Source of the DNA: Tubiluchus corallicola
Lineage: Eukaryota > Animalia > Priapulida
NCBI GenBank assembly: GCA_030141605.1
Contig: JAQGDQ010000645.1
Location: 1 to 64,000 of the forward strand
Length of the DNA: 64,000 bases
Direction: 5' to 3'
Part shown: one piece after another, positions 15,801 to 28,440 of the stretch
How positions within the stretch are numbered: the first letter of the stretch is position 1
Layout: every line of letters begins with the position of its first letter
The notes under the pieces: generated by a model
The model's database searches: none
What the model saw: only the letters and a program-made list of their open reading frames with translations
Told to the model about the DNA's origin: nothing
Made by a program: the position numbers and the translations under genes

Positions 15801-18800
15801 AGAAAGGGTACGAAAGGGCAAGAAAAGGTACGAAAAAGGTACGAAAAAATACCGTAATTTCGTACAGTATCGTACTGCTGAAAAATTACCATATCGTACC
15901 GTACTGTATTGCCATTCTTGCAGTCAAGTTATTCTCTTCAAGGAAGTGTCATGGAATTAGGTTTCTCTCATACAACTGTGCATTGTGCAAAATTCTACAG
16001 GTAGGCCTACATTTTAGGGTGTGGTGAAAATAACCTTTTTATCCAATCTTTTTGCAGCTTTTCCTACTTTGGAGGTTTGATGAGATACTAACATAGGTAA
16101 ATTTTCAGCTAGATTAAGCTTTGGGAACACCTGTCTCCACTCATCTCAAGATTTCTAAAATTATGCTCATTTGTGTAGTAATTTGACAAATTTTAAAAAC
16201 TATTATATCCCTCTTGTGTTTTGTTTCTTTCGGACGGCTCGTAGAGAAAACCAGAAAATACTTCGTCAAATTAAACTAGTTTATTAAGCGAGAATTCTAC
16301 GACACAAAAGTATGAAGGAACGCGAAATGTTTACAGTAAACGTGAAAATCTGGAAAACGTTTGAGTGTATCTGAAAATACAAGTATACAAGAGAATGTGT
16401 AAGAGGCGTCTGTGTGAATCTGCGTGTGTGTGCGTCTCAGCGGCCTGCTTCGCCTTATATAGGGTGCCAGGGAACATTCTAGACGTTTCTTTCTAGAACA
16501 TTCTACAAGGTAAGACGATTATTCTAACGGAACATTCTGCAATGTTCTATTTAATTCTAATAGATGCCAGCGACCTCCACAACAATCCCTACATGTATCA
16601 CGGTGTTAAATACATTTCAAGCATGCCCAGAAGACAATACATTATTAAGACAACCATATTAAGTTATACTTAGTAGTCTGATTTCCGTGCGTAAATCGGA
16701 TTTCTCCACTATCTCGGTTGGAAATAAGCAACTCCACCTTTTCGTCCAATGTACTATCGTCTCTAGGATAGCGCCTACTATGCAGATAGATAATACTAGC
16801 CCATCCTTTGCCCCACCTACAGTAGAAAATACTAACTAACCAACTTTTCCTTTTTTATTTTTATTTTTCAGCAGCAATAACAATAATTACACCACAAAGA
16901 AGGGAACGAATAACATTTGAGAAAAAATGACCAACAGAAAGACGACAAAATAAATATTTAAAATAATAACAATTTAAAATATAAAGAGACACCTTAAATA
17001 CAACTGTTTCAAATAGAAGTTGTGAAATTTCAGATGGTTTAGAATTTTCAAATTGCCTTGAAAGTGGTGTTGTGAACAGTGACCTCGGTCAAAAGATTAA
17101 GGACGCTGGACATCGGTCAGTTTTTTGATTGCCATTCAACTCCTCCAGGGCCTTCAATTTCAATTCAATTTTATTCAAGTTCAATTAAAATTTAAAATTC
17201 AAATTTTTCATAAATATTGTGAGGCAGATGTGCACATGGAGTTTTAAAAAGACGAGATTTGAGGGCTTAAAAAGGAGCCAAAATTTGAAAATTAGAACAA
17301 ACAGCTTTGTCAACGAAGTTGTAATATTAAAGCAAAACCGAACCCAATGTTAAACTGCAGGTCAAAACAATCGACTCTTTAAAATATTGAAAGGAAACAT
17401 ACTATTTTTTTTCAAAAATGACTTACGTGAAACAATTATTACCACAGAAACACAATTTCACGTTCGCGCTGCTAATGCTTCGCTGTTTCCCGAAACATGC
17501 ATTTCGCCATTCGCTAGTTAGATGGGCACTAGCGCCTGCATTTCGGAAAGCGTTGCACAAAGAAACAGGTGCTGTACCTCTTAGTTCGGATGTGTTAATT
17601 TCTGACGAACTACACACATTCGACAGCTCATGCGTGAGCACAGTAAATTTGGAATTTGAATTTTTATCTTAAAACTTGCCTATTTTTAGTACAACACACT
17701 GAATATCTTACAGTAGCACTGTACTTCAATTTTCTATATTGCAAACATGCGCACCACGCTCGTGGAATGTTTTTGATGTTGAAAATTATGTTAGTTTGTG
17801 ATGTCATCAATAGTTGGGTTCGCCCACCATTAATTAAGTTTTTAATCTATTATTTAATTATCAGAAGCGCCTTTGCAGTATTATTGGTGTTAAAATGTAC
17901 ACTTTTATCGGATTTGAAAGGGGTGGTATATGAAAAATCATCCTGTCTTCCCTTAAACAATGCCAGAAGAAAGACAGGCATTTTAGTCGCTAGCATCCTT
18001 GCGCATTGTTGCTGGACACTTAAGCGTTATTAACGCCAATCATGAGAGTTATGGTGTGGTCATGAGTTAAAGCACAAGAAAACCCTTCATAAACATAAAG
18101 CTTGAAAAATTCGTTTTTTCCAATTTTATATCACTTACGTACTGCTTTTTAGCACGCAGGACTTCAGTCGGTAGTCACGCTGTTTGAAAAAATAATCAGA
18201 GCATTCGTAGCACACAAGTCACTAACTACTAAAATTTAAAATTACTGTATCTTGTCAATAAGATTAAAAATACGTTTTTTGGTTAGTGAGTGGTGCACCC
18301 TGTAGGGTGAGTCAGCGACATTTTACTAATTGCTGAAAACATTTTAAATAATTAATAATTTTCTTTCCTAGTTACATAAATCTCTCTAGCAGGCAAGTGA
18401 AAATCTTGATAATAATATCTCAAGTCTTTTGAGATATAATTTAACATTGCCTTTTCTTCCCTTGATTTACGTTTTGTACATGACGTCATGTAATGGCGAC
18501 TTCGAAACAGTATTGGGGGAGATTTAAAATGAAAACAAACTAAAATTCCTTTCAGTGCGAGTACGATATACGCATAAAATTGCTGTAAAGTAGTATAATT
18601 TTTAAGGCGATTTTTCTGAAACCTACTTCAGGTGCCCTTTTCTTGTCCTTTAAGCACACTCGACCAGGTATAGTCAGGTGTAAATAGGGTCATGGCATTG
18701 CGCTCGCCAATTTAAGTCTGAATTCATTCAATTTTTACCCAGTTTTTATTTAAATGTAAATAAGTGTGATGCACAGCAAGCAAAGGTGATCACTGGCTTG

Positions 18801-21759
18801 CAGAAAAGGAACACTTCTAAGCAAGCGAGGTTAACTGGCTTCTCATATTTTTCTACGGTGAATTTTGTACTCACCAGCAAGCGGTGAAAGCTTCGTAACG
18901 TCCCTGAGTGACATGTTTCTTTGTTACAAATATACGGCTATTTTCTACTGCATCAGTCCTTCCTCTAAGCTCCAATAAATCGGTAACGTCCGTAGAGAGT
19001 CTGGCGCACGGCAAAGTTGCTATAAAACGTAATAAAAAATACTTGCAAAAATGATGGCGCCACTGCTGTGTGCAAAAAGATTTTGCTTTAGAAAAGGTGC
19101 TTACAGCACATGCTTCGCCATTGTGTTAAAATTCTTATTGAACTACTAAGTTTCTGTACCTTTAATTCTGAGGCTAGGTTATGTGATCACCACAATACCT
19201 TTAGCGAAAGAAGCTAATTTAAATTGTTGATTATAAGCGGCATTTACTCCAGTTTTCAATACAGTTACAACCTATGAAATAACAATCTAGTACAGTAAGT
19301 TCTCGCTTAACGACACCCACGTTTAACGACGCCTCGCTTAGCGTCGCGTTTTGAACTACTAAGTTTCTGTACCTTTAATTCGACAACGTTCGTCTAAAGC
19401 TAGGTTATGTGGTGACCACATTTCTGCTAGCAAACCACGAGTGGTTGCTTGTCACTGGTTAAATAATTACAGGTCAATACCTTGAGTGAACGAAGCTGAT
19501 TTAAATCCTTGATTATAGGCGGCATTTACTCCAGTTTTCAACACAGTTACAACCTGTAAAATAACAATCTAGTACAGTAAGTTCTCGCTTAACGACATCC
19601 CCGTTTCTCGCTTAACGTCGCGTTTTACTCGAACACAATAGCGTCGTTAAGCGAGGACTTACTGTACATATACGTCGCATCCATTAAAAGTTCCGAGTGA
19701 CACGGAAGCAGCAGGGAAAAATACGAAACACTCATTTTAAATATAACTAATTAATTTTAAAGTTTTTAACATGGAAAAATGACTTATTCCAAAAAGGAGA
19801 CTCAATGGAAACCAGTAACTCTAATAATACAATTGCAATGATATTAAAATATGACTATTTGAATATGACAACAATACGTTTCATTAGAACATAGGTTTAA
19901 CTAATCGAGAAAGAATTATGTGCTACCTGCCACCTCTGGGGAACTACTAGCAAGTTAAACGCAGCATTCCGGTCCTGCCGCTCACGTTAAATCCACAATA
20001 TACAGAAAACGTTTCCAGACTAAAAGTTCAGAGACAATTTCGGCCTCTGGCACGACTTTAGCCCGTTCGTAGCTACTCTGACATGTAACCATTATGAATT
20101 ATTATGAACCGTTTGTCCTTCCATACCACATGTCACTGCATATGCAAGGAATAGGTCAACTTACAGTATTCCGTGGGACAGATGAATGTCTACCTCACCA
20201 ATATGCAAGGAATAGGTCACCTTACAGTATTCCGTGGGACAGATGAATGTCTACCTCACCAATATGCAAGGAATAGGTCAACTTACAGTATTCCGTGGGA
20301 CAGATGAATGTCTACCTCACCAATATGCAAGGAATAGGTCACCTTACAGTATTCCGTGGGACAGATGAATGTCTACCTCACCAATCAGGCACTGGAAGAT
20401 CCTGTCTTCCCAAACATACCTGTCTCCCAAACCTCATCATAACTGTATCATCATGTATCAAGTATACCGGCAGGGGTAATTCAGCCAGTAATTCAGCTAA
20501 GCTGCCGTTACGAAAAAAATCAGACCTATATAACGTCTTCAGGACCGGTACTGTCAAAGCTCAGCTGTAGTTGTCTGGATTATCTCTCCGCATTCAAAAG
20601 TCGATCTGATGGCTTCGTGTCGCGCACAAATCGAATCAAACCAGCAAAACTTAAACTTCCAACTTTTTTGGTATTAAAACTAACTTAACTATTTGTAATA
20701 CTCGTACTTATTTTCAGGTTTAATCAATAAAGTGATTATTATGTTAGTCATTACGTAAGTAATGACGTAATCATTACACTACTACTCATAATAACTTGCT
20801 GGGGAAAATGAACATTGTGTTGCAACTCACCATAAGAATGCTTGCAATAAGAAACCGAAGGCCCATTATTCACTGAACATGAACTGCAAAACTTACGCCT
20901 GCACCGCTAACACCTACAGCTTAGGATGTTTTGTACCACTGTAATAAACTCTAAGTAAATTAAGCAATTTCTTGAAGTTTTCTTTTAACAAGCCGTTCAA
21001 CTAAGTCTTTTGCGTGGTGGTGATTATAGTTATTATCTAATGTTCGTAGGTCTAATGGAACGTCTGCTTGGTACGCCCTGAATGCAGTCTGGTACCCGGT
21101 GGTTCGGAAGTGCATAATGTATGAATAACAACATGTACACATGAGAACAATGAACTCTAACGGTTACAATTATGCCATCTTGACGTTAATTACAGACCCA
21201 GAAAGTAGCCCTAAAACTTAGAGAGTGTTTATCGGCTCGTTCGTCTCTCGTTATAACTATCACAGGAAGTACGAGGCATGCGTGATCGAAAAAAGGTTTA
21301 TTTTCGTACAAAAGTTGCAGTAAAAATACTGAATAAAATTTAATTTTCAATTAAAAAGACAATTAGAACTGCATTAACTGTAGACAACAAAATGATAGAA
21401 AAATATACTAAGACCATATAAAGTGTAGTACAACTTACTGATAAAAAATACTTAAAATGTGTTACTAACTGGATAGAATTACCGACCGGTAATCGAGGTG
21501 CTGGTTTTAGACAAAACCAAGTTCTGTGGTATAGATATAAGTGGGCATCAAGGATAAAAAGAGGCGTTACACTATAACTGTTTATGCGTGGTTCATTAAA
21601 TCTTGCGACAATTCTCATAATAGGTTAATGATGTTCACTGTTTAAAGATGTGTTTCATGACATACACTTCCATCTTCACTTGCAGGATGTTGTAAAATTT
21701 CATCTTCGTCAGCTTCCAATCTTTACCCCACCCGTACAGCAAAAGTTCCCACCGCAAGC
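11730..21759 (-). CDS. Divergent pentraxin/LamG-like protein gene. Predicted exons 21759-21666, 20883-20831, 19019-18875, 16816-16670, 14644-14527, 12376-12131, 11825-11730; first exon not resolved
   Basis: All seven exons have AG/GT boundaries with matching phases and no stops. Spliced product has pentraxin hallmarks in order: EAFTACWW, VELLI, QWNHYCVVVSS..MTVHYNG, GGQTEVADLQD..FDKNDNIVGDV, DINVWSKDLSPTAI..SC..CGDVFCW. The two 5'-most exons and the terminal exon rest on splice and phase evidence only. Confidence 0.7.
12632..12886. repeat. Compound trinucleotide microsatellite (ATG/GTG/ACG/ACA/ATA)n
   Basis: Direct reading. Confidence 0.95.
13062..13474. mobile_element. hAT MITE family A, copy 1
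   Basis: TIR CAGGGGTGTGCAAA / TTTGCACACCCCTG; perfect 8-bp TSD CTCTAGAG; near-identical copy at 28722-29138. Confidence 0.92.
13847..14036. repeat. 21-bp tandem repeat x9 (GTGAGAAATGTCTGTGGTCAC)
   Basis: Direct reading. Unit junctions create GGTCACGTGA. Confidence 0.95.
14698..14966 (+). mobile_element. tRNA-derived SINE with a conserved-type central domain and (ATT)n tail
   Basis: A box TAGTCTAGTGG, B box GAGTTCGAAC, central GGGTCATACCAAAGACTTTAAGAATGGTACC, tail AAATAAAGATTATTATT. A 3' fragment of the same family lies at about 45020-45103. Confidence 0.8.
15513..15850. repeat. Degenerate 10-11-bp tandem repeat (AAAAGGTACG/AAAGGGCACG)
   Basis: Direct reading. Confidence 0.9.
16212..16584 (-). 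mobile_element. Solo LTR of an LTR retrotransposon, carrying a cluster of heat-shock elements
   Basis: 5-bp TSD ATCCC (16207-16211, 16585-16589). Inverted termini TCTTGTG (one mismatch from TGTTGTG) / CACAACA. On the minus strand, nGAAn arrays, then CTATATAA, then a downstream AATAAA. Confidence 0.75.
18071..18649. mobile_element. TTAA-flanked MITE (Kolobok-like), copy 2
   Basis: TTAA|AGCACAAGAAAA ... TTTTCTTGTCCT|TTAA; inverted homology with 3900-4518. Confidence 0.7.
19139..19630. repeat. Imperfect local tandem duplication (~210-280 bp) that includes a MITE end
   Basis: TGAACTACTAAGTTTCTGTACCTTTAATTC ... CTAGTACAGTAAGTTCTCGCTTAACGAC occurs twice. Confidence 0.8.
19575..19664. mobile_element. 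Very short (90 bp) Tc1/pogo-Tigger-type MITE
   Basis: TA|CAGTAAGTTCTCGCTTAACGAC ... GTCGTTAAGCGAGGACTTACTG|TA. Confidence 0.8.
20140..20384. repeat. 61-bp tandem repeat x4 with alternating variants (122-bp higher order)
   Basis: Units start at 20140, 20201, 20262 and 20323; GGTCAAC and GGTCACC alternate. Confidence 0.92.
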
Positions 21760-21825
21760 CTAAAATGAAGAATCGTCCGCAAATATGAAATTCCTCAGCA
21801 GCTCGTTAGAGAAATCACTTTGTAA

Positions 21826-22202
21826 TAGGGGTGAGCATTCTCTAACAGAAAGCGAATTCGAATCGAACCGAATTTGTGACTTTCGAATTCGAATCGAACC
21901 GACCTTCAGTGTTTCGAATTCGAATTGAGATTGAACGATTTTCGAACAAGTTTTCGAACCACCAGTAAAAATTAGTCTTACAAAGAGCATGCATATCATT
22001 AGATTTTGTCCTGCAATAAAACGACTAGTAATTTCTTTAAAACTGTGTGCAGAAATCACAGCTAAATTATGTTAATTGCATGATGTTTCCATCGTTTTAA
22101 TTATCAGGAACATATGTAATTGAGTGCTGAATTATTCGAATCTATAGTTTTGGATTCGAATCGAGCTCGAACTAAAAAAACTCGTTCGAATCGATTTCGA
22201 GC
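21826..22202 (+). mobile_element. hAT MITE family B (TTCGAA-rich), 3'-truncated copy
   Basis: Starts TAGGGGTGAGCATTCTCTAACAGAAAGCGAATTCGAATCG; homologous to 33963-34359 and 45506-45902. Confidence 0.8.
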
Positions 22203-23407
22203 GTTCCTGTAGAACTGCAGGTTGCAATGGGGAGGTGCGTAGCACTTCTCGGTCGTGTTGCCAGAAAGAAAAATACTGTTATGTGGACTCCAAAATTTTG
22301 CCCACATAAAAGACCAAGAGGAGCAATGAGTAACACCATATCAAGTAGCATATTACCACGTGGTTTGTAAAAAAGCATGAATAATTCAATTCTCTTGAAT
22401 AAACCCATATTATAAGATTGCGTGACAAATTGTAGTTCGAAAATTGTAGTGCATAAATACAAAAAATGCAAGTAAACATCGCTGGGCTAACTTTTTACCC
22501 CACCTTGGTCGGCTAAGGGTTAAGAGCTGCGATTTCGAATAATTGTGATTAAGTATATAATGCTGGTACCACTGTCTACATACCTGCCGGCAGCTCTGTT
22601 AATTAGCTACGAATACACTGTAAGACCGTCATTCATTATGGTTATCGTCATTAAAACATCGTTAACAACCATCATAATTCTTTTTGCACGTTCGTTAAAC
22701 ACGGTAATATCTGGTGGATTCCTAGGATAGGCTAAAATACAAAGTAATGAATAACGCATTTAATGTATTTAAAGAATTTTATTAAATATAAATATAAGCG
22801 AGTGGCTTAATTAATAGGCGCTTATTCAGGTCACTGTTGTACAACAAGTACAGTAATAACATTGCAAGACAATATTGTTGTCACAGAAACACTGTCAACA
22901 GAGGTTAATACCACTGAATGCTTTATTGTAACATAATCACAGTAAATAAATGACCTACGTATCTCATAAAGTGGTTTAACCTGACTGTTCAGAGCACAGG
23001 TGAGTAGAACAGACAGGTGACTAGCAGGTAACAAACAGAAAAACTGGCCAAAACCAAAAGCTTTACATTCCCGCCACAGATGGCGCCTCGTGCACGAATT
23101 TGTAAACAAGATTAACAAAAAAAGCTGTCTGCTACAAGCAGTTATAAGTTATCATCATTATGGAGTTGCACATTTACGCAGGTAATGGCAAAGTGGTTTT
23201 GCTTACAATTTATAAACTTATACATATAAATAACACATATAGCAAAAGCAATGCCAAAACTAGCTTTTCATCCCTATTGCAGAATTACGCAAAAAGTATG
23301 GGACAATAATATACATCAAACTAAACCAAATTCAGCTCCATTATTTTTTATTTTTGCTCAGATAGGCAAGAAAGAGAATCCGACTGCTTCACAAAAGTAA
23401 AAACTAA

Positions 23408-24110
23408 TTGCCCTCGTGTATTAGTATATGAAAAACATAAGTGCTTATTCTAATAAATTTATAGTTTTCAAATACGAATTTGAGACAGAGGCATGGCTGC
23501 CCTCAAGTATTAGTATATGAAAAACATAACAGCTTATTCTAATAAATTTATAGCCTACAAATACGAATTTGAGATAGAGGCATGGCTGCCCTCAAGTAAT
23601 AGTATATGAAAAACATAACAGCTTATTCTAATAAATTTATAGCCTACAAATATGAATTTGAGATAGAGGCATGGCTGGCCTCAAGTAATAGTATATGAAA
23701 AACATAACAGCTTATTCTAATAAATTTATAGCCTACAAATACGAATTTGAGATAGAGGCATGGCTGGCCTCAAGTAATAGTATATGAAAAACATAACAGC
23801 TTATTCTAATAAATTTATAGCCTACAAATATGAATTTGAGATAGAGGCATGGCTGGCCTCAAGTAATAGTATATGAAAAACATAACAGCTTATTCTAATA
23901 AATTTATAGCCTACAAATACGAATTTGAGATAGAGGCATGGCTGCCCTCAAGTAATAGTATATGAAAAACATAACTGCTTATTCTAATAAAATTATAGCC
24001 TTCAAATACGAATTTGAGACAGAGGCATGGCTGCCCTCAAGTAATAGTATATGAAAAACATAACTGCTTATTCTAATAAATTTATAGCCTTCAAATACGA
24101 ATTTGAGACA
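23408..24110. repeat. 89-bp tandem minisatellite, about 8 copies
   Basis: TAGTATATGAAAAACATAA starts at 23422, 23511, 23600 and so on. Confidence 0.95.
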
Positions 24111-25179
24111 AATTCATGACTGATATATACATATCTCAAATATGCAGAAGAAGCTATCATCAGGTGGCTATGGAAGATAAAACATTAGCAGACTGAATGT
24201 GTTAATACTTTGATACAACTTCACATTTGTCTCGTCTAAAACTGTCTTTCTAATTTGGCCTGGACTAAAATGTATTTCAAAATCAACATTGAAAGAAAAT
24301 AAAGAAAATCATAGTAAGAAAAAGCACTGTTCTAGTCTTAGGTTTAAAAACACTGCCTAACGTTTATTGTGATTAATTATGTGTTTGTCTTCAATAATTC
24401 ATTTTTATGTGTTTCATGCGATCTGTTATTATAGTTTTTCAACACATGTAGTTTTAGTTTAGTTTAGTTTGATATTTAAATCATTTAAACTGTCATTTAA
24501 ACTTTCCATAAAATATTCAGTAACCCCGGGTTAATCTTGATGAGTCAAGCTGTACAATTTCATCAGTATATAACATTCCTTTTGTACTCTGTGCAGTTGA
24601 GTAGCCATTAGTTTCACGTTATGCTAAAAATTGCTGGACTCTTTACGTACTGACACAGTAATAATTTATCACAAACATAATTTTAAACAAACTTACAATG
24701 AAGATAATTCGTTTGAATTTCAAAATCATCACTCTAGGAGAAATACAAACATGTAGTGATGTATAGACTTGCATTCTTAGGCTTGACAAGCATGCACCAC
24801 CTTAGAGCTCTTTTAATAAAAGTAATTAATGTGATACAAATTTATACTACTATTCACGCATTTGTTATCACGGGATTCACCTATTTAGAATGTACACTAA
24901 TTTGCTTATTCAAAATGTTCGAATAATAATAAATTAATTCAGTAAGTTACAATTTACAAGTGTGTAATAAATGAATAACTACAATTTGTATTATTGAAAC
25001 ACACTAAATGGATCTCTTTATTATATAAAGCATGCGTTAACATAACTGCTGACACAAAAACAAATCGATCGTTTAGGACCGAAATGCTTTGTTACTGTTT
25101 TAACAGTTAGAAAGTTTAACAGAGAACTCATTATGGTTCAACACTTCTGCCTTGTACTGGACACTTTCAAAATTTATTC

Positions 25180-28100
25180 TCACGTGAGTTTAGAGTAACT
25201 GGGCGGAGAAAACTTCTTTCTCAGGTATTTCAGAATGTACAGCGGCATACAGCTGACAAGAGTAATAGAAATCACTTTCCAGTAGAAATCCCACGTGGTG
25301 ATGAACAGTGGGTCAAAGTAATCCTTCAGTATAAACAGAGAGACTGCATATACAGCCAAACTAAATAAGACAGACGCGACCATAAGCCAATGCCACGTGC
25401 GTACAGTTAGTGCCACCATGAGCAACTCGGTAAGAATGAGAGCTGTAAATGTTATTGCGACCACGTGGATAAATTCGTCGTCAAATAACAGGAATGCACC
25501 ATACATGATTATACCGCCCTGATAAATGCTAATCAAGACCCAGATAAAGAACGTTTTAAATGACAACGATCTGCCCTTATACAGGTCTTTATACAATTCC
25601 GGATAAGTCAGACCAATTGTAGGCGATACATCCATGTCAAGTACCAATGAAAATACAGGAAACATTGTATAGATTGTAGCATACCCGACGATGAGGATGC
25701 TGGGAAACATCTGTATGGATGCGAAGTAAAACACGGCACAGAATATTGCCTGTATGACGGATATAATCATTCCCCTGTGCATGACAAACTGACTTAGGGC
25801 TGCCGATCGTTTGTAGCTGTTTCTTCCGTGGACTAGTAACAACCTCGCTATGTGACTGAATTGTGTAATAGAGAAATCAGCTGCCAACGAAGCCTGCTTA
25901 CCTTCTTTGCCAACGATTCCAATTCCAGCATCCGCAGCTTGTATCATGCTGACGTCGTTCCCTCCGTCTCCGACTGCGCATGTCCTCTTACCGGTCTGTG
26001 CTTTCAGTAGTCGCACAATGTCGGCTTTTTGCGTTGGCGAACAGCGGCAGCAGACGACAGCAGGAGACTGGCAAACTAGCTCCAGGAACTCGTGCTCATA
26101 GTACCTGAGGCAAACGTCCAGGGATTCGCCAGTTATTACAAGAGCGCAGTCATTGCGACGGCGAAATGTGTTCATTTCCAAGTGCGCATCGGCACGATTA
26201 GTTACAGTAGGAAAGGCATGTATGTTCTGAGAACGAGAAACAAGCCTGGAACTTTTTGCTATGCATGTTGCCGTTTCCATTTTGTCCCCTGTGAGCATCC
26301 ATACTTTCACTCCAGCATTACGCAGAAGTTCCAAAGTAGGACGTACGTCTAGCTGCAGTTTGTCCTCTACTCCTGTCACGCAAAGCAGCTCCATGTCATG
26401 CTCGAGTGATTCGATGGTTTCTTGCACACGAAGTGCTCGTTCTTCCACAGCCACATTCGCCTGGTGATAACGAGCTGCAAAATTATTATACTGTTCCTCA
26501 CTTAGTACCTTTTTTGCCACAACCAGGGTCCGCAAACCCTCCCTGGCCATATTACCACATTCTTCTTCCAGCCAATCATTGTACTGTACTATATTGCACA
26601 TAACGATGTCGGCACCTTTTAGATAAAATATAATTTCTCCACTGCTTTCATCTCTTACAATTATTCCCATACGTTTGGTCTCAGAAGTGAAAGGAAACAG
26701 TTGCAAGATGGCAAAATTCAGAAGTGATCCAGAAGAAGTTTGTAGCTGCATTGAACTAAGGTCCCTCTTTGTTAGAGTAAGCCCGACTCTTTCAGTCCAT
26801 GAAACAAGTGCAACCTCATCAGGACTTGATGCTTGATACGTGCAAGTTGCACCTTCTTGCTGGTCTGCTTCAGTATCCGATGCTTCTGCATTAACATTTT
26901 CGTACACCGGAGTTACATTGTGGCATAGTGCAACGGCCTTTACTGCTTCATGCACTCTAGTGACAACAGTTCTTCGTACTTTTGATGGCTGTTGAATGGT
27001 CATGTGAGTAGACGGTTTTGTAGGAGTACTACTCGTACCACCGGCCGTGACGTAAACCGACTTGACATGCGCAATAACCTCGTCCATCGAGTCGTGACCA
27101 AAAGCTACAGTACCCAGATGAATTTTCTTGAAAATCATTTCATTCTGTGTTAGCGTTCCAGTTTTATCACTGAGAAGATAGACAATTCTACCCAGTTCTT
27201 CTGGGATTGTTGTGCTTCTGACAACCGTCCCTGGAATTTTTTTATCTTTCATAATCATCCAAGAATAAGCCGCTTTGCCCATATCCAAATTAACTCTCAG
27301 ACTTATTGGAATGATATACGAGAAAAGAAGAATGAACCGAACTAAATATCTGTACCAAGGGCCTGTCCATCCTTTTATGGACATCATTACAAGTGACAGT
27401 ACCATAACACTGGTAAATAAAACTTTAGTCAGCGTATTAATTTCTAGGTCAAGTAATCCAACTTTGCTCTTTGGTTGTGATGTATTCATAACACTGCGCA
27501 TTTCTAAGCCAGTGTAGATGACAAATCCCAAAGCTGTACCGGAAGCGACTACAGTACTGGCCCAAAGAGTATTTTCCACGTTTAATGGTGTTTCAGATAA
27601 CAATCCTTCATTATCGGTCCTCCTCAGCGTACCAGTAAAACTGTGAATAGCTTTCTGGGGTTTCTCTGCATAAACTGAAGCATTTAGCTTGAAGATATCA
27701 CCGTCCACTTCTTCTGATTGAGTGGGTCCAATAGCTAGCCGCAGTTTCCAATCTGTCTCACCATCCAACTGATCTGTCCTAATAAAACAAGCACCAGCTT
27801 TCTCTGTCGTTCTCAGCAACACCATGTCTGCTGGAACTCGTTGATTCTTCTCAACATAGATCAGATCACCAACTTTAATCTTTGAGCTAGGAATTCGGAG
27901 CGTGTCTCCACTTTCAGCCAGTTTGCTATACACTTGAGAGTTGGCTTCTCTGTCTCTCCTGTACCTGCGGAAATCATCCAAAGCTTCGCGTATCATTGTC
28001 ACGGATATCACAAAACCTAAGGGTCCCCAGTAAGTATACAGATAACCTATCCGAACAGTAGGAATAAACTGTGAAATAGCAACGATAAGGAAATAGAGAT

Positions 28101-28440
28101 TTAAAAAAAACTTGAACTGTTCATGCAGTACTAAAGGAAGAAAGGTAAAGAGATTGTACTTTTGATTACAAATGACATTGGAAGGAAACTTCTGTGTGTT
28201 CCTCTGTCCAATGTGCAAAGTTCGACTATGATATTCCCGCTTGGATTTGCACAGCGTTGACAAAAAGTTGCCACAACGGATAAAAAAATTGCAGCAAAAA
28301 CTGCACAGGTAATATTTGGCTTTGCCTGATGACAGCTCATTTTGTGGGTGCTCAGGTAACATATACTCTTCATCATCCATTTCAAATGCAATTTGTTCGC
28401 CAGTCGTGTCAGATGTAACAATTAAGGGTATTTCGTCCAT
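25180..28440 (-). CDS. ATP9B: P4-type phospholipid-transporting ATPase class II (ATP9A/ATP9B/Neo1 family), 1086 aa, intronless CDS
   Basis: Motifs DGET, IPISLRV, DKTGTLT, TGDK, GDGGND and C-terminus PPSYSKLT. Splice acceptor ttttttgcag ends 33 nt upstream of the ATG (exon starts 28473). ATP9A versus ATP9B cannot be distinguished; probably a co-orthologue. Confidence 0.95.
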   Translation of the reverse strand: MDEIPLIVTSDTTGEQIAFEMDDEEYMLPEHPQNELSSGKAKYYLCSFCCNFFIRCGNFLSTLCKSKREYHSRTLHIGQRNTQKFPSNVICNQKYNLFTFLPLVLHEQFKFFLNLYFLIVAISQFIPTVRIGYLYTYWGPLGFVISVTMIREALDDFRRYRRDREANSQVYSKLAESGDTLRIPSSKIKVGDLIYVEKNQRVPADMVLLRTTEKAGACFIRTDQLDGETDWKLRLAIGPTQSEEVDGDIFKLNASVYAEKPQKAIHSFTGTLRRTDNEGLLSETPLNVENTLWASTVVASGTALGFVIYTGLEMRSVMNTSQPKSKVGLLDLEINTLTKVLFTSVMVLSLVMMSIKGWTGPWYRYLVRFILLFSYIIPISLRVNLDMGKAAYSWMIMKDKKIPGTVVRSTTIPEELGRIVYLLSDKTGTLTQNEMIFKKIHLGTVAFGHDSMDEVIAHVKSVYVTAGGTSSTPTKPSTHMTIQQPSKVRRTVVTRVHEAVKAVALCHNVTPVYENVNAEASDTEADQQEGATCTYQASSPDEVALVSWTERVGLTLTKRDLSSMQLQTSSGSLLNFAILQLFPFTSETKRMGIIVRDESSGEIIFYLKGADIVMCNIVQYNDWLEEECGNMAREGLRTLVVAKKVLSEEQYNNFAARYHQANVAVEERALRVQETIESLEHDMELLCVTGVEDKLQLDVRPTLELLRNAGVKVWMLTGDKMETATCIAKSSRLVSRSQNIHAFPTVTNRADAHLEMNTFRRRNDCALVITGESLDVCLRYYEHEFLELVCQSPAVVCCRCSPTQKADIVRLLKAQTGKRTCAVGDGGNDVSMIQAADAGIGIVGKEGKQASLAADFSITQFSHIARLLLVHGRNSYKRSAALSQFVMHRGMIISVIQAIFCAVFYFASIQMFPSILIVGYATIYTMFPVFSLVLDMDVSPTIGLTYPELYKDLYKGRSLSFKTFFIWVLISIYQGGIIMYGAFLLFDDEFIHVVAITFTALILTELLMVALTVRTWHWLMVASVLFSLAVYAVSLFILKDYFDPLFITTWDFYWKVISITLVSCMPLYILKYLRKKFSPPSYSKLT

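Noticed and set aside
15423-16027. Lys/Arg-rich protamine-like ORFs
   Set aside because: They derive from the 10-11-bp tandem repeat and are open in several frames.
25907-28421. Short + strand ORFs inside ATP9 (and similar ones inside PGGT1B, BLM and WDFY3)
   Set aside because: These are antisense or alternate-frame shadows of real CDSs.
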